Positions 26,496 to 37,500 of a stretch of DNA of 61,509 nucleotides are shown piece by piece. The position numbers were made by a program, and so were the translations under genes. The stretch lies in IMG/VR virus record IMGVR_UViG_3300025759_000004, positions 1 through 61,509 of that record; one strand, given 5' to 3'. How positions within the stretch are numbered: the stretch's first letter is position 1; each line of letters opens with the position of its first letter. A model generated the notes under the pieces. It was not told the origin of the DNA and made no database searches. It was given only the letters and a program-made list of their open reading frames with translations. This DNA comes from a virus (Duplodnaviria; Caudoviricetes).

Positions 26496-28904
26496 ATGAA
26501 TATATACACGGATACTAATAGTGTTTTTCCTAGCCAAGTGGTTAGTGATGAAGAAAAAGCATCCTATGAGTACGGACTTCAGGTGTCTAGGGCTATTGAG
26601 CAAGAGTGGTTTAAACAAGGCCGTACAAACGGTAATAGATATTTAGCTAATTGGAATAACTTTCATTTATTAAGACTTTATGCTAGAGGCGAGCAGCCTA
26701 TTCAAAAATATAAAGATGAGTTAGCTATTAATGGTGATTTGTCTTATTTAAATTTAGATTGGAAACCGGTACCGGTTATTGCTAAGTTTGTCGACATTGT
26801 AACTAATGGTATTGCTCAAAAAGAATATGATATTAAAGCATACGCACAAGATCCATATTCAATAAAAAAGAGAACAGATTACGCTACAGCAGTATTAAAA
26901 GATATGTACAGCCAGCAGCAAATTGCAATGGCTAAACAAAAATTGGGTTTAGATATTTCATCGGCACCTTCTGTGCAACAAATGCCACAAACACCCGAAG
27001 AGCTTGAGCTGCATATGCAACTTACTTACAAGCAAAACGCCGAAATAGCAAACGAAGAGGCGATTAATAATGTATTAGCATTTAATAAATACAAACTAAC
27101 CAACAAAAGAATTGTTGATGATTTAGTAACTCTTGGTATAGGCGCTATAAAAACAGGCTTTAATACAGCTGAAGGTATAACCGTTGATTATGTTGACCCA
27201 GCGTATATGGTTTATTCTTATACAGAAGATCCAAACTTTGAAGATATATATTATGTTGGCGAAATAAAGTCAATAACTATTCCAGAACTTAAAAAAGAAT
27301 TTCCTAATATATCTGAAGAAGAATTAGCAAAAATTCAAAAAACGCCAGGCAATCGTCAATATATAACCGGATGGGGTAATTATGACGAAAATACAGTTCA
27401 AGTATTATATTTTGAATACAAAACGTACATGAATCAAGTATTTAAAATTAAGCAAACTGATCAAGGTTTACTTAAAGCTATTGAAAAGCCTGATACTTTT
27501 AATCCTCCACCAAATGATAATTTTGAAAGGGTTTCAAGAAGTATTGAAGTTTTATATTCAGGAGCTAAAGTTTTAGGTACAGACACAATGTTAAAATGGC
27601 AGTTAGCAGAAAATATGTCACGTCCGTTTTCTGATACTACTAAAGTTGAAATGAGCTATGCTATTTGCGCTCCTAAAATGTACAAAGGCAAAATAGAATC
27701 AATCGTGAGCAGAATAACCGGTTTTGCTGATATGATACAATTAACGCATTTAAAGCTGCAACAGGTAATGTCTAAATTAGTACCGGACGGTGTATTTTTA
27801 GATATGGACGGCTTAGCTGAAGTGGATCTTGGTAATGGTACAAATTATAATCCAGCGGAAGCATTGAATATGTATTTCCAAACTGGTTCTATTGTAGGTA
27901 GATCATTAACTCAGGATGGTGAGCTAAACAGGGGCAAAGTACCTGTACAAGAATTAACAACATCTAGTGGTGGCGCAAAAATACAAAGCTTAATAGCTAC
28001 ATACCAATATTATTTGCAAATGATCCGTGATGTTACGGGATTAAATGAAGCAAGAGATGGAAGCTTACCTAATAAAGACGCTTTAGTTGGGTTGCAAAAA
28101 ATGGCCGCTAATGCTTCTAATGTTGCTACAAAACACATACTAGATGCTAGTTTGTTTATAGCGTTAAGATGTTGTGAAAATATTTCATTAAAAATGGCTG
28201 ATGTGTTAAGCTATCCGCTTACTGCAGAAAGTTTAAAAAATAGTATATCAAATTCAAATGTAGCAATACTAAATGAATTAAGTATGCTTAATTTGCATGA
28301 TTTTGGTATATACTTAGAGCTAGAGCCTGATGATGAAGATAAAGCGCAGTTAGAGCAAAATATACAAATTGCTTTAAAATCTGGGGGTATAGCATTAAGT
28401 GATGCAATTGACATACGCCAAATAAAAAATATTAAGCTTGCTAATCAATTGCTAAAAATTAAGCAAACAGAAAAACAAAAGCAAGACCAAGCTGCAAAGC
28501 AAGCTAATATACAAGCTCAAGCGGCCGCCAACCAACAAACCGCAGAAAAAGCTGCGTTGTTTGAAGTGCAAAAAACTCAAGCCGTTACAGAAAGTAAAAT
28601 TCAAATTGAGCAAGCGAAAATTCAATTTGAAATACAGAAAATGGAGCAAGAGGCTAATTTGAAAAAATTATTAATGGCCGAAGAGTTTAATTACAATATG
28701 CAATTAGCCGATGTTCAACAATCAGCTAAAACGCGAAAAGAAAAAGAAATAGAAGATAGAAAAGATAAAAGAACTCAAATGCAGGCTACTCAGCAAAGTA
28801 AAATGATTGAGCAGCGTAAAAATAATACGCCCCCAGTTAATTTTGAATCTGCTGGGTTTGATACCATGAGCGGCTTTGGATTTGAGCAATTTGATCCTAA
28901 ATAA
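26496..28904 (+). CDS. Portal protein
   Basis: About 800 aa, follows TerL, Q/K/E-rich coiled-coil C-terminus as in crAss-related portals. Confidence 0.85.
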   Translation: MNIYTDTNSVFPSQVVSDEEKASYEYGLQVSRAIEQEWFKQGRTNGNRYLANWNNFHLLRLYARGEQPIQKYKDELAINGDLSYLNLDWKPVPVIAKFVDIVTNGIAQKEYDIKAYAQDPYSIKKRTDYATAVLKDMYSQQQIAMAKQKLGLDISSAPSVQQMPQTPEELELHMQLTYKQNAEIANEEAINNVLAFNKYKLTNKRIVDDLVTLGIGAIKTGFNTAEGITVDYVDPAYMVYSYTEDPNFEDIYYVGEIKSITIPELKKEFPNISEEELAKIQKTPGNRQYITGWGNYDENTVQVLYFEYKTYMNQVFKIKQTDQGLLKAIEKPDTFNPPPNDNFERVSRSIEVLYSGAKVLGTDTMLKWQLAENMSRPFSDTTKVEMSYAICAPKMYKGKIESIVSRITGFADMIQLTHLKLQQVMSKLVPDGVFLDMDGLAEVDLGNGTNYNPAEALNMYFQTGSIVGRSLTQDGELNRGKVPVQELTTSSGGAKIQSLIATYQYYLQMIRDVTGLNEARDGSLPNKDALVGLQKMAANASNVATKHILDASLFIALRCCENISLKMADVLSYPLTAESLKNSISNSNVAILNELSMLNLHDFGIYLELEPDDEDKAQLEQNIQIALKSGGIALSDAIDIRQIKNIKLANQLLKIKQTEKQKQDQAAKQANIQAQAAANQQTAEKAALFEVQKTQAVTESKIQIEQAKIQFEIQKMEQEANLKKLLMAEEFNYNMQLADVQQSAKTRKEKEIEDRKDKRTQMQATQQSKMIEQRKNNTPPVNFESAGFDTMSGFGFEQFDPK

Positions 28905-28937
28905 AATTACTATTTAATTATTTAATTATATTATATT

Positions 28938-30137
28938 ATGTCAGAAACAGTAAAACAAGAAGGCGATTTTAAATTAAAATCTAAACCTAAAAAATTAGTG
29001 CCAACGAATGATGAACCCATTAAAGTTAATTTAGCTGAACCAAAAGCGGCTGAAGAAACGGAAGGTGATATCGCAAAGGTGGTAATTAAAAACGAAGACA
29101 AAGATGCCGTTCAAGAACAAGGCTCAGAGGACAGCGTGTTACGCTCAAGCGAGCCGGATGAAAAAACAGGGCAAGAAACCAACGTGGAATTGCCAACAGT
29201 GGGACAAGGAGACGAAGGGCCCGTTGAAAATGTTATTCAAGAAATAACAGAAGAAAAAGTTGAAAAAATAGAGCAAGAGGTAAAAGAGGCTGTACAAAAT
29301 AAAGAAGTATTAGGCAAACCTTTACCGGAAAATATTGAAAAGCTAGTTTCATTTATGGAAGAAACAGGTGGCACAATAGAAGATTACGCTCGATTAAATA
29401 TTGATTATTCAAATGTAGATAACAATACATTGCTTAAGGAGTATTATAGTAAAACAAAACCTCATTTAGATTCAGAAGATATTTCAATATTAATGGAAGA
29501 TTTCTCCTATGATGAAGAACTAGATGAGCCAAAAGAAATACGCAAAAAGAAAATTGCGTTTAAAGAAGAAGTTGCAAAAGCCAAAAACTTTTTAGAGGAA
29601 ACTAAGAAAAAATATTACGACGAAATCAAGTTGAGACCCGGCGTAACTCAGGACCAACAAAAAGCTATGGACTTTTTCAATCGATATAATGAAGGTCAGA
29701 AAAAGGCTGCTGAAAATTATGAAAGTTTTAAACAAAAAACTGAAAATTTATTTTCTGAAGAATTCGAAGGTTTTGAATTTAATTTAGGAGAAAAGAAATT
29801 TAGGTATAATGTTTCAAACCCAAAAGAGGTGGCTTCAATTCAATCGGATATTAACAACATCGTAGGGAAGTTCCTTGCGGAAGATGGTAGTGTTGTAGAC
29901 GAGAAGGGTTATCATAAGGCCATGTTTGCAGCTTACAATGCTGATAAAATAGCAAGTCATTTTTACGAACAAGGTAAAGCTGACGCTGTTAAAGAGGTTG
30001 TAAGTAAATCTAAAAATCCAAGTATAGATACTGCCAGAGAGGCACCAAAAGATGTATTTATAGGAGGGTTAAAAGTTAGAGCAATAAGTGGTACTGATTC
30101 TTCTAAACTAAAAATTAAAACAAAACGATTTAACTAA
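28938..30137 (+). CDS. Putative capsid scaffolding protein
   Basis: Acidic; between portal and MCP; FYEQGKADA motif. Confidence 0.65.
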   Translation: MSETVKQEGDFKLKSKPKKLVPTNDEPIKVNLAEPKAAEETEGDIAKVVIKNEDKDAVQEQGSEDSVLRSSEPDEKTGQETNVELPTVGQGDEGPVENVIQEITEEKVEKIEQEVKEAVQNKEVLGKPLPENIEKLVSFMEETGGTIEDYARLNIDYSNVDNNTLLKEYYSKTKPHLDSEDISILMEDFSYDEELDEPKEIRKKKIAFKEEVAKAKNFLEETKKKYYDEIKLRPGVTQDQQKAMDFFNRYNEGQKKAAENYESFKQKTENLFSEEFEGFEFNLGEKKFRYNVSNPKEVASIQSDINNIVGKFLAEDGSVVDEKGYHKAMFAAYNADKIASHFYEQGKADAVKEVVSKSKNPSIDTAREAPKDVFIGGLKVRAISGTDSSKLKIKTKRFN

Positions 30138-30151
30138 AAAAAATTAAAATT

Positions 30152-31615
30152 ATGGCTATATCACCAGAATTTGGTTCAATTAAACCATCTCAAGCCCAAC
30201 AAACACTTAGTGACAATTATTTGTCATTCGACGGCGCTGCCGGAGGAAACTTTGCGCAACAGTATTTACCTGAGATTTACGAACAAGAAGTAGAGCGTTA
30301 CGGAAACCGTACGTTATCTGGATTCTTACGTATGGTAGGTGCTGAAATGCCAATGACATCTGATCAGGTTATCTGGTCTGAACAAAATAGACTACACGTT
30401 GCATATGATGATGTTACTGTCACAAATGGAACAACTTTAACAATTAATAATATTTCTGCGGTTGCAGGACCTAACTTTGTACAAAACTTAGTTTCAAAAA
30501 ACCAAACTTTAGTTGTAATTAATCCAGCTACTGGAAAAGAAGCTAAATGTATTGTTACAGTTACTCCTGCTTCAACAGCCACAGCTACAATTGCTGTTGC
30601 AACTTATGGATCTGCTGATTTAGTAACTGCAAATGGTGCAGATAACCCTGCTCCTTTTGCTACAAATGACGCAGTAAAAATCTTCGTATACGGTTCTGAA
30701 TATCAAAAAGGATCAACTTTAGTTGGAGATGCCTATGTAAGCATTGAACCAACTTTTACTCAATTTTCTAATTCACCAATCATCATTAGAAACCAGTATC
30801 AAGTATCTGGATCTGATATGGCTCAGATTGGATGGGTAGAAGTTGCTACTGAAGACGGAACATCTGGATACTTATGGTATTTAAAAGCTGAATCTGAAAC
30901 TCGTTTACGTTTTGCAGATTACTTAGAAATGTCTGTAGTAGAAGGTAAAAAAGTTGTTACTGGTGACGGTGTTGCAGGATATAACACTAAATTATCAGGA
31001 ACTCAAGGTCTTTTTGACGCAATTGAAGACAGAGGTAATATCCAAACTGGATTTACAGCTGCTAATGGTCTTACTGAATTTGATGCTATTTTGAAAAATC
31101 TTGATACTCAAGGGGCTATTGAAGAAAACATGCTTTTCTTAAATCGCCAAACTGCATTAGATTTTGATGACATGCTAGCTGCTTTGTCTCAAGGGCAATC
31201 AGGAGGTACTGCTTATGGTCTATTTGAGAACTCAGAGCAAATGGCTTTGAATCTTGGATTTAGCGGTTTCCGTAGAGGATCTTACGATTTTTACAAAACT
31301 GACTGGAAATACTTAAACGACGCTTCTACTCGTGGTGCACTTGATTACACTGTACAAGGAATTGAAGGTGTATTAGTACCAGCTGGAACTTCAACTGTTT
31401 ACGATCAAATCTTAGGAACTAATATCCGTCGTCCATTCTTGCACGTGCGATATAGAGCTTCTCAAGCTGATGACCGTAGAATGAAGTCTTGGTTGACTGG
31501 TTCAGCAGGAGGCGCTTTCACATCTGATCTTGATGCAATGCAAGTTAACTTCTTGTCTGAAAGATGTTTATGTGTACAGGCTGCTAATAACTTTGTAATT
31601 TTCAAAGGAGCTTAA
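30152..31615 (+). CDS. Major capsid protein
   Basis: 487 aa, strong codon bias, follows scaffold, followed by a terminator. Confidence 0.85.
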   Translation: MAISPEFGSIKPSQAQQTLSDNYLSFDGAAGGNFAQQYLPEIYEQEVERYGNRTLSGFLRMVGAEMPMTSDQVIWSEQNRLHVAYDDVTVTNGTTLTINNISAVAGPNFVQNLVSKNQTLVVINPATGKEAKCIVTVTPASTATATIAVATYGSADLVTANGADNPAPFATNDAVKIFVYGSEYQKGSTLVGDAYVSIEPTFTQFSNSPIIIRNQYQVSGSDMAQIGWVEVATEDGTSGYLWYLKAESETRLRFADYLEMSVVEGKKVVTGDGVAGYNTKLSGTQGLFDAIEDRGNIQTGFTAANGLTEFDAILKNLDTQGAIEENMLFLNRQTALDFDDMLAALSQGQSGGTAYGLFENSEQMALNLGFSGFRRGSYDFYKTDWKYLNDASTRGALDYTVQGIEGVLVPAGTSTVYDQILGTNIRRPFLHVRYRASQADDRRMKSWLTGSAGGAFTSDLDAMQVNFLSERCLCVQAANNFVIFKGA

Positions 31616-31629
31616 TCATACTTTTAAAT

Positions 31630-31662
31630 CTTAGGGTCACTTATCGTGGCCCTAGGGTTTTA
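31630..31662 (+). terminator. Rho-independent terminator after MCP
   Basis: TAGGGTCAC-TTATC-GTGGCCCTA hairpin followed by a T tract. Confidence 0.75.
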
Positions 31663-31689
31663 TTATTAACTATTTAATTTTATTATATT

Positions 31690-32514
31690 ATGGCTAAAGA
31701 AGTCAAAGCAGAAGAAACTGTTGAGGTTGCACCTCAGCCTGTTGTTAAACAAAATAAAAAAGTTGAACAACCTAAAAAACCAGAATGGGAAATTAAAGAT
31801 AGAACTTATTATATATTAGGTAAAAATCCATTAACCCATACAATACATTCAAAGCATACATCTAAGCATCCTTTACTTTATTTTGATGCAAAAAAAGGTG
31901 TACAAAGAGAACTTAGGTATGCAACAAATCAAACATCTCCATTTGTAGACGAGCAAAAGGGAGAAGTTACTCTTGGACACATCATATTTAAAAATGGTGA
32001 TTTATTTGTTCCAAAAGAAAAACAAAATTTACAAAAATTACTTTCTCTATATCATCCACTTAAGGATAAACTATATTCAGAATTTAGCCCAGTTGAGGTT
32101 GCTGAAGATGATTTAGAAATTTTAGATGTTCAAATTGATGCTTTAAACATTGCAAGAGACATGGACATTGACCAAGCTGAAGCAATTTTAAGAACAGAGA
32201 TGGGATCTAAAGTTTCAAAAATGAGTTCTAAAGAATTAAAAAGAGATTTACTTCTTTTTGCTAGACAAAAACCATATTTATTTCTTGAACTTGCAAATGA
32301 TGAAAATGTGCAGTTAAGAAATGTAGCAATTATTGCTGCTGAAAATGGTATAATTTCTTTATCTCAAGACCAAAGAACATTTACATGGGCATCTAACGGC
32401 GCTAAGCTAATGACCGTTCCATTTGATGAAAATCCATATTCAGCTATGGCTGCGTTCTTTAAAACCGATGAGGGCGTACAAGTTTTTAAATCTATAGAGA
32501 AAAAACTAAAATAA
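31690..32514 (+). CDS. Conserved head-module protein
   Basis: Position after MCP. Confidence 0.7.
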   Translation: MAKEVKAEETVEVAPQPVVKQNKKVEQPKKPEWEIKDRTYYILGKNPLTHTIHSKHTSKHPLLYFDAKKGVQRELRYATNQTSPFVDEQKGEVTLGHIIFKNGDLFVPKEKQNLQKLLSLYHPLKDKLYSEFSPVEVAEDDLEILDVQIDALNIARDMDIDQAEAILRTEMGSKVSKMSSKELKRDLLLFARQKPYLFLELANDENVQLRNVAIIAAENGIISLSQDQRTFTWASNGAKLMTVPFDENPYSAMAAFFKTDEGVQVFKSIEKKLK

Positions 32515-32531
32515 TGCGTAATAATAATATG

Positions 32532-32560
32532 TTAGGGTGTTGCTTACCGCAATGCCCTGG
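32532..32560 (+). terminator. Stem-loop (terminator-like or 5' leader)
   Basis: TTAGGGTGTTGC-TTACC-GCAATGCCCTGG; weak U tract. Confidence 0.45.
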
Positions 32561-32582
32561 TGTATTATAATAAAAATATAAG

Positions 32583-33362
32583 ATGGCGGTAAACGTAAAT
32601 TCAGTATATCAAACAGTTTTATACTTACTTAACAAAGAACAAAGAGGGTATATAACTCCAGAAGAGTTTAATAAACTTGCAACACAAGTACAACTTGAAA
32701 TATTCGAAGATTATTTTTCAGACGCCAATCAATTAGTGCGCAAAGACCAACTTAATGCACAAAATGATTCAGAATTTTTTAATCCTGTTAAAGATATAGA
32801 ATATAAGCTGTATCCATTTCAAAAAGAAGCTTTGTTTTCATATGACAATACTAATGACATATGGACAACAACAGAAAATGTTTATAAAGTTGGTGATGTA
32901 ATAGCTAATTACACAGTAGATCAAAACCCTGCTGTAAACTCAGTGGCAGAATTAACTACAATAAAAGAATATAACTTAATAACAAGATCAAAATTAACTG
33001 CTCCTACAAAAAGCTATCCGCTTTTTTACATTTCAAATCAAACAAATTCTACGACTTTAGATAAGACATCTTCTTTAAAAGTTTTTCCTAAGCCAGACTC
33101 TTTATTGTGTAACATTTTAACAACACCTTCTAATGTTTATTGGGGTTATACAATTGGGTCAGTTGGGCAATTTTCTTATAATAATAGCTTATATAGCTCT
33201 TCAAACCCTAACGGTAGTATAAATTTTGAATTAGATATTTCCGAGCAAACTAATATTATACTTAATATTCTTAAATATTGTGGTATGGTAATTAGCGATG
33301 GTAATATTATACAAGCCGCTATGAATGAAATACAACAGAATAAAGTAAATTTAAAAAGCTAA
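32583..33362 (+). CDS. Head-tail connector / ring protein
   Basis: LNKEQRGYITPEEFNKLA N-terminus; position. Confidence 0.65.
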   Translation: MAVNVNSVYQTVLYLLNKEQRGYITPEEFNKLATQVQLEIFEDYFSDANQLVRKDQLNAQNDSEFFNPVKDIEYKLYPFQKEALFSYDNTNDIWTTTENVYKVGDVIANYTVDQNPAVNSVAELTTIKEYNLITRSKLTAPTKSYPLFYISNQTNSTTLDKTSSLKVFPKPDSLLCNILTTPSNVYWGYTIGSVGQFSYNNSLYSSSNPNGSINFELDISEQTNIILNILKYCGMVISDGNIIQAAMNEIQQNKVNLKS

Positions 33363-33365
33363 TAA

Positions 33366-34592
33366 ATGTCTTTAATAACACAAACTAATCAGCAATATTA
33401 CCAGGGTGCACAGCAATTTGTATCAACAACAAACGCGCAAAATGAGACATTTCCAACTACATTTGATACTCCTTTAGTTTTTAAAGATTGGGACCCAAAC
33501 AATACAGATTACGCTTTAAACAATTTTAAAATATATACAAGCCCTACTGGATTACCCGGAAGTTGGGACGAATATGTTTCCCAATATGATGTTGAAAATA
33601 ATGTTATTACCATAAGTGCTGCTTTGCCTACCAATACTTTTGTAGTTGTACAACTTAAAACATTAACCGGCGGTAACTACGGAGATACCAACTCTGAAAA
33701 AGCATTTGGTGAAACCGTAGAAGAAGGATATGGTGATTATGAATATATAAAATTAGGTGACGCTATAGACAACTTTATGGTTGGCTATGTAGGCGATGGT
33801 AAAATTATACAAAAAGCTAAAAAATCTGATGTTGTATTTTTTGCTAAAAGAAATCTACAAGAGTTTAGTTATGATACTTTAAAAAGTATAAAATCAGCGG
33901 AGTTAACAATACCACCAAATTTAAGCGTAATTATACCGCAAGATTATGTTAATTATGTAAAAGTATCATGGATAGATAAACAAGGCGTAAAAAGGCCTAT
34001 ATATCCGGCTAATAACTTAACAATTAACCCAACGGAAACTCCATTACAAGATAATAACGGGGTGCCTATGCAGGATAATTTTGGGGAAAACGCGGAGAGT
34101 ACATCGATAACAAAAGAAAGATGGAGTGAAAACAATACAGATATATTAAACTCAGAATGGGCGGCTGATTGGGCTGAATGGGGTTATACTGCATACGGCT
34201 TTGGTCCTTACGGCTCATGGGGTACAGGTGAATTATATGGAATGGACCCTCAGTTTTCGCAAGTTAATGGATGGTTTAGTTTAGACCATAGAGATGGCAA
34301 AATGACATTTTCAAGTAATTTAGCAAACAAAATAATAGTCCTAGAATACATTTCTGATGGCCTTGCTTATGACTTAGACACAAAAGTACCAAAGCTAGCT
34401 GAGGATGCTTTATATTCAGCTATAATGTACTCTATTGTGTCCACAAGAGCTAATCAACCGGAATATATTGTACAAAGACTAAGAAGAGAGCGTAGCGCAA
34501 AATTAAGAAATGCAAAAATTAGATTATCTAACATAAAACTTGATGAAATAGTGCAAGTAATGAGAGGTAAATCTAAATGGATAAAAAGTTAA
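33366..34592 (+). CDS. Tail tubular / ring protein
   Basis: IPQDYVNYVKV and LEYISDG motifs; position. Confidence 0.6.
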   Translation: MSLITQTNQQYYQGAQQFVSTTNAQNETFPTTFDTPLVFKDWDPNNTDYALNNFKIYTSPTGLPGSWDEYVSQYDVENNVITISAALPTNTFVVVQLKTLTGGNYGDTNSEKAFGETVEEGYGDYEYIKLGDAIDNFMVGYVGDGKIIQKAKKSDVVFFAKRNLQEFSYDTLKSIKSAELTIPPNLSVIIPQDYVNYVKVSWIDKQGVKRPIYPANNLTINPTETPLQDNNGVPMQDNFGENAESTSITKERWSENNTDILNSEWAADWAEWGYTAYGFGPYGSWGTGELYGMDPQFSQVNGWFSLDHRDGKMTFSSNLANKIIVLEYISDGLAYDLDTKVPKLAEDALYSAIMYSIVSTRANQPEYIVQRLRRERSAKLRNAKIRLSNIKLDEIVQVMRGKSKWIKS

Positions 34593-34595
34593 TAT

Positions 34596-37500
34596 ATGGC
34601 TAAAATAACCAATGCTTTTATAAAGTCCAAAATGAATAAGGACTTAGATGCTCGCCTATTACCGCAAGGAGAATATAGAGACGCTCAGAATATACAAATT
34701 AGCCAATCCGAAAACTCAGATGTTGGTAGTGTGCAAAATGTGCTTGGTAATGTTCAAGTTTTTAGTTTTGAAGGTCAGCTAGGTGTATCTGGGTTAGTAT
34801 CTATAGGAATACTTGCTGATCAAGACAAAAGTGATATATATTTATTTTTAACAAATGACACCGATCATTTTATAATAAAATATAATAATCAAAGCAGTGC
34901 TTTAAACATATTAACACAAGGATCCTATCTTAATTTTAATAAAAACACAAGAGTTAACGGCATAACATTAATAGAAGATTTGCTTTTTTGGACCGATAAT
35001 AATAATCAGCCAAGAAAACTAAATGTACAAACAGCCGTAGGAAATCCTAATTATTACACAAATGAACAGCATATATCTGTAGCTAAATTTGCACCCTATA
35101 AAGCTCCCAGGCTTGTAGACCTATCTTCAACGGCAGATATAAAACCTTCCACAATGTCTAATGCCGCGGATTTACCCACTGTATTAATAGGTACATTGCA
35201 ATGGACAACAGTTAATTTAAATGTTGATAAATTAAACGACGGAACCGCTATTGTAGAAGCTACTGATTTAAGCGAGTGGCAGAATTTTGATGCAAACAAC
35301 CAACCAGCTTGGTGCTACTACGATTTTAACCCTGCTAATGGGGAGGTTTACGGTAAGCTTTATAATAAACACGCTGCTGAGCACCCTAAAATTGCTCCTA
35401 ATGGATATAGGGTTGCTAAAAAAAATGATTGGACAACATTAATTAACGGAGTTGGTGGCGTAGCAAACGCTAATAGAATTAAAAACACTAATTCTAGTCC
35501 AATTGTGGATCAACAAGGAAATAACAATTGGCCTGCTTTTTATGTAGCCGGTACTTGGGCTGCTGGTCAGCAAGGCGACTTTGATACAAACGTATTTTTT
35601 AATTCTAGACCGGGAGGTTATGCTGATGGCATAGGAGGCCCTGGGCTTACCGGGTTTTTAAAAATAGGAGGAAGCGGAGCGCCATTGTCTTCAAACCCTG
35701 ACGAAGCGGTTAAATACTGGGCAATTCAAGTTGGTAACCCCGCGGAAGAAGTTTTAGTGTCAGGCACAAATAATAATATTGTTAAACAAGCAATACCAGC
35801 TACAGGTACTCCTGGATATTACATAAGATGTATAAGAGATGACAACTATGAGGGGTGGAATGGAGATCCCGCGTATATGCAAGATAAATTTTTAACTTTT
35901 AGTTACAGATTTAAATTTGATGATAACGAATATTCTTTAATTGCCCCATTTACACAAGCAGCATTTGTGCCTAATCAAAATGGTTATTTTTACGATGGAG
36001 ATGAAGATGCAACATTTAGATCTACAATTGTAGAATTTATGCAAAACAATATTAATAATCTTGTTTTAAATATTGAATTACCATCAGGCAGCCCGTATAA
36101 AGATTATAAAATAACCGAAATAGATATAATAGTAAAAGAATCAGACGGTGTAGTTTATAAAGTTGTAGAAAGTATACCAGTTGATGATTCTTTTGATGTA
36201 TTATATACAGACAGAATAACTACAACAACCGCAATTGGCACATATACGGCTACCAAAATTGTTACTACAGATTTATTAAATGGTATAATTCCAGGCTATT
36301 ATTTAGAAGAAATAAACGGAGTGGCTCTTCCTGCGCCTGTTTTAGTGGTAGCGGTTGAATACAATCCAACAACAACACCTCCTCAGTATGAAATTACAAT
36401 GGAAGGAGCTGTAACATATTCTGACGGTGATACTTTTTCTTGGGATTATTCACCTACCCCAGTTTATCAATACGAATATGAATCTACTAAACCTTATAAA
36501 ACTTTGCCCGAAAGAGAGGTGGTTAGAGTTTATGATGAAGTGCCAATCAGAGCAAAAGCTCAAGAAACGGCCGGCAATAGAATAATGTATGCAAATTTTG
36601 TTGCAAATCATGCTAGTCTAAATAGTTTAGATTATGAAATTTCTGCTGATGAAAAAAATTTACAAGAAACAACAGAATATCCAAATCACAATATAAAACA
36701 AAATAGGAATTACAAGGTAGGAATAGTTTTAGCTGATAAATGGGGCAGACAGTCAGATGTTATATTGTCTAAATATGATAATCTTTTAAATGAATTTGGT
36801 GAATTCCAAAAAGGGTCAAATTTATTTCACAATTTTAAATCTCCAAATTTTTTACCTCTTCTAAACGCTTGGGATGGCGACCAGCTGAAAATAAAAATGA
36901 ATGATATTATACCTGAAGAGCAAAACTTTTCAGGAATTGCAGGCTACCCAGGCACTTATGCAATAGGAAAGTATTGGTTAACAGAATTTCCTGATATAAT
37001 TAATTTTCAACCTCCTGAAAAATATTTTAGATTTGACAGCATAAATGCTAATGGCACTTATGTATACAAGCTAGACAAGCTTTTTGATAATTGGGCTACT
37101 ACGTATTCTGAGTATTTTAATTCTAGTAAATATTTAAGAGGATATTACAATGATTATATAGGAATTGTATCAGCAACTATAGACGGAGCGGGTGTTGTTA
37201 CGTTAACTACATTAGAAAAAATTTCTAACGAGTATTTATTTGAATACACTAGCACTGATATTGATGTATCCGGAAGTAAAGGAAATGCAGTTTATGACAT
37301 AAACGAGCTAGGATATTATTCTTATAGAATAGTTGTTCAACAAAAACAGCAAGATTACTATAATGTTTATTTGCCAGGCATTGTAAATGGCTATCCAATA
37401 AATGACTTTAATGACGAAAGAAATCAGACGGCTCACATAGTATTAATTAATGATAATATAAATAAAATACCTAGAGATTTAAAAGAAGTTGGGCCTGTTC

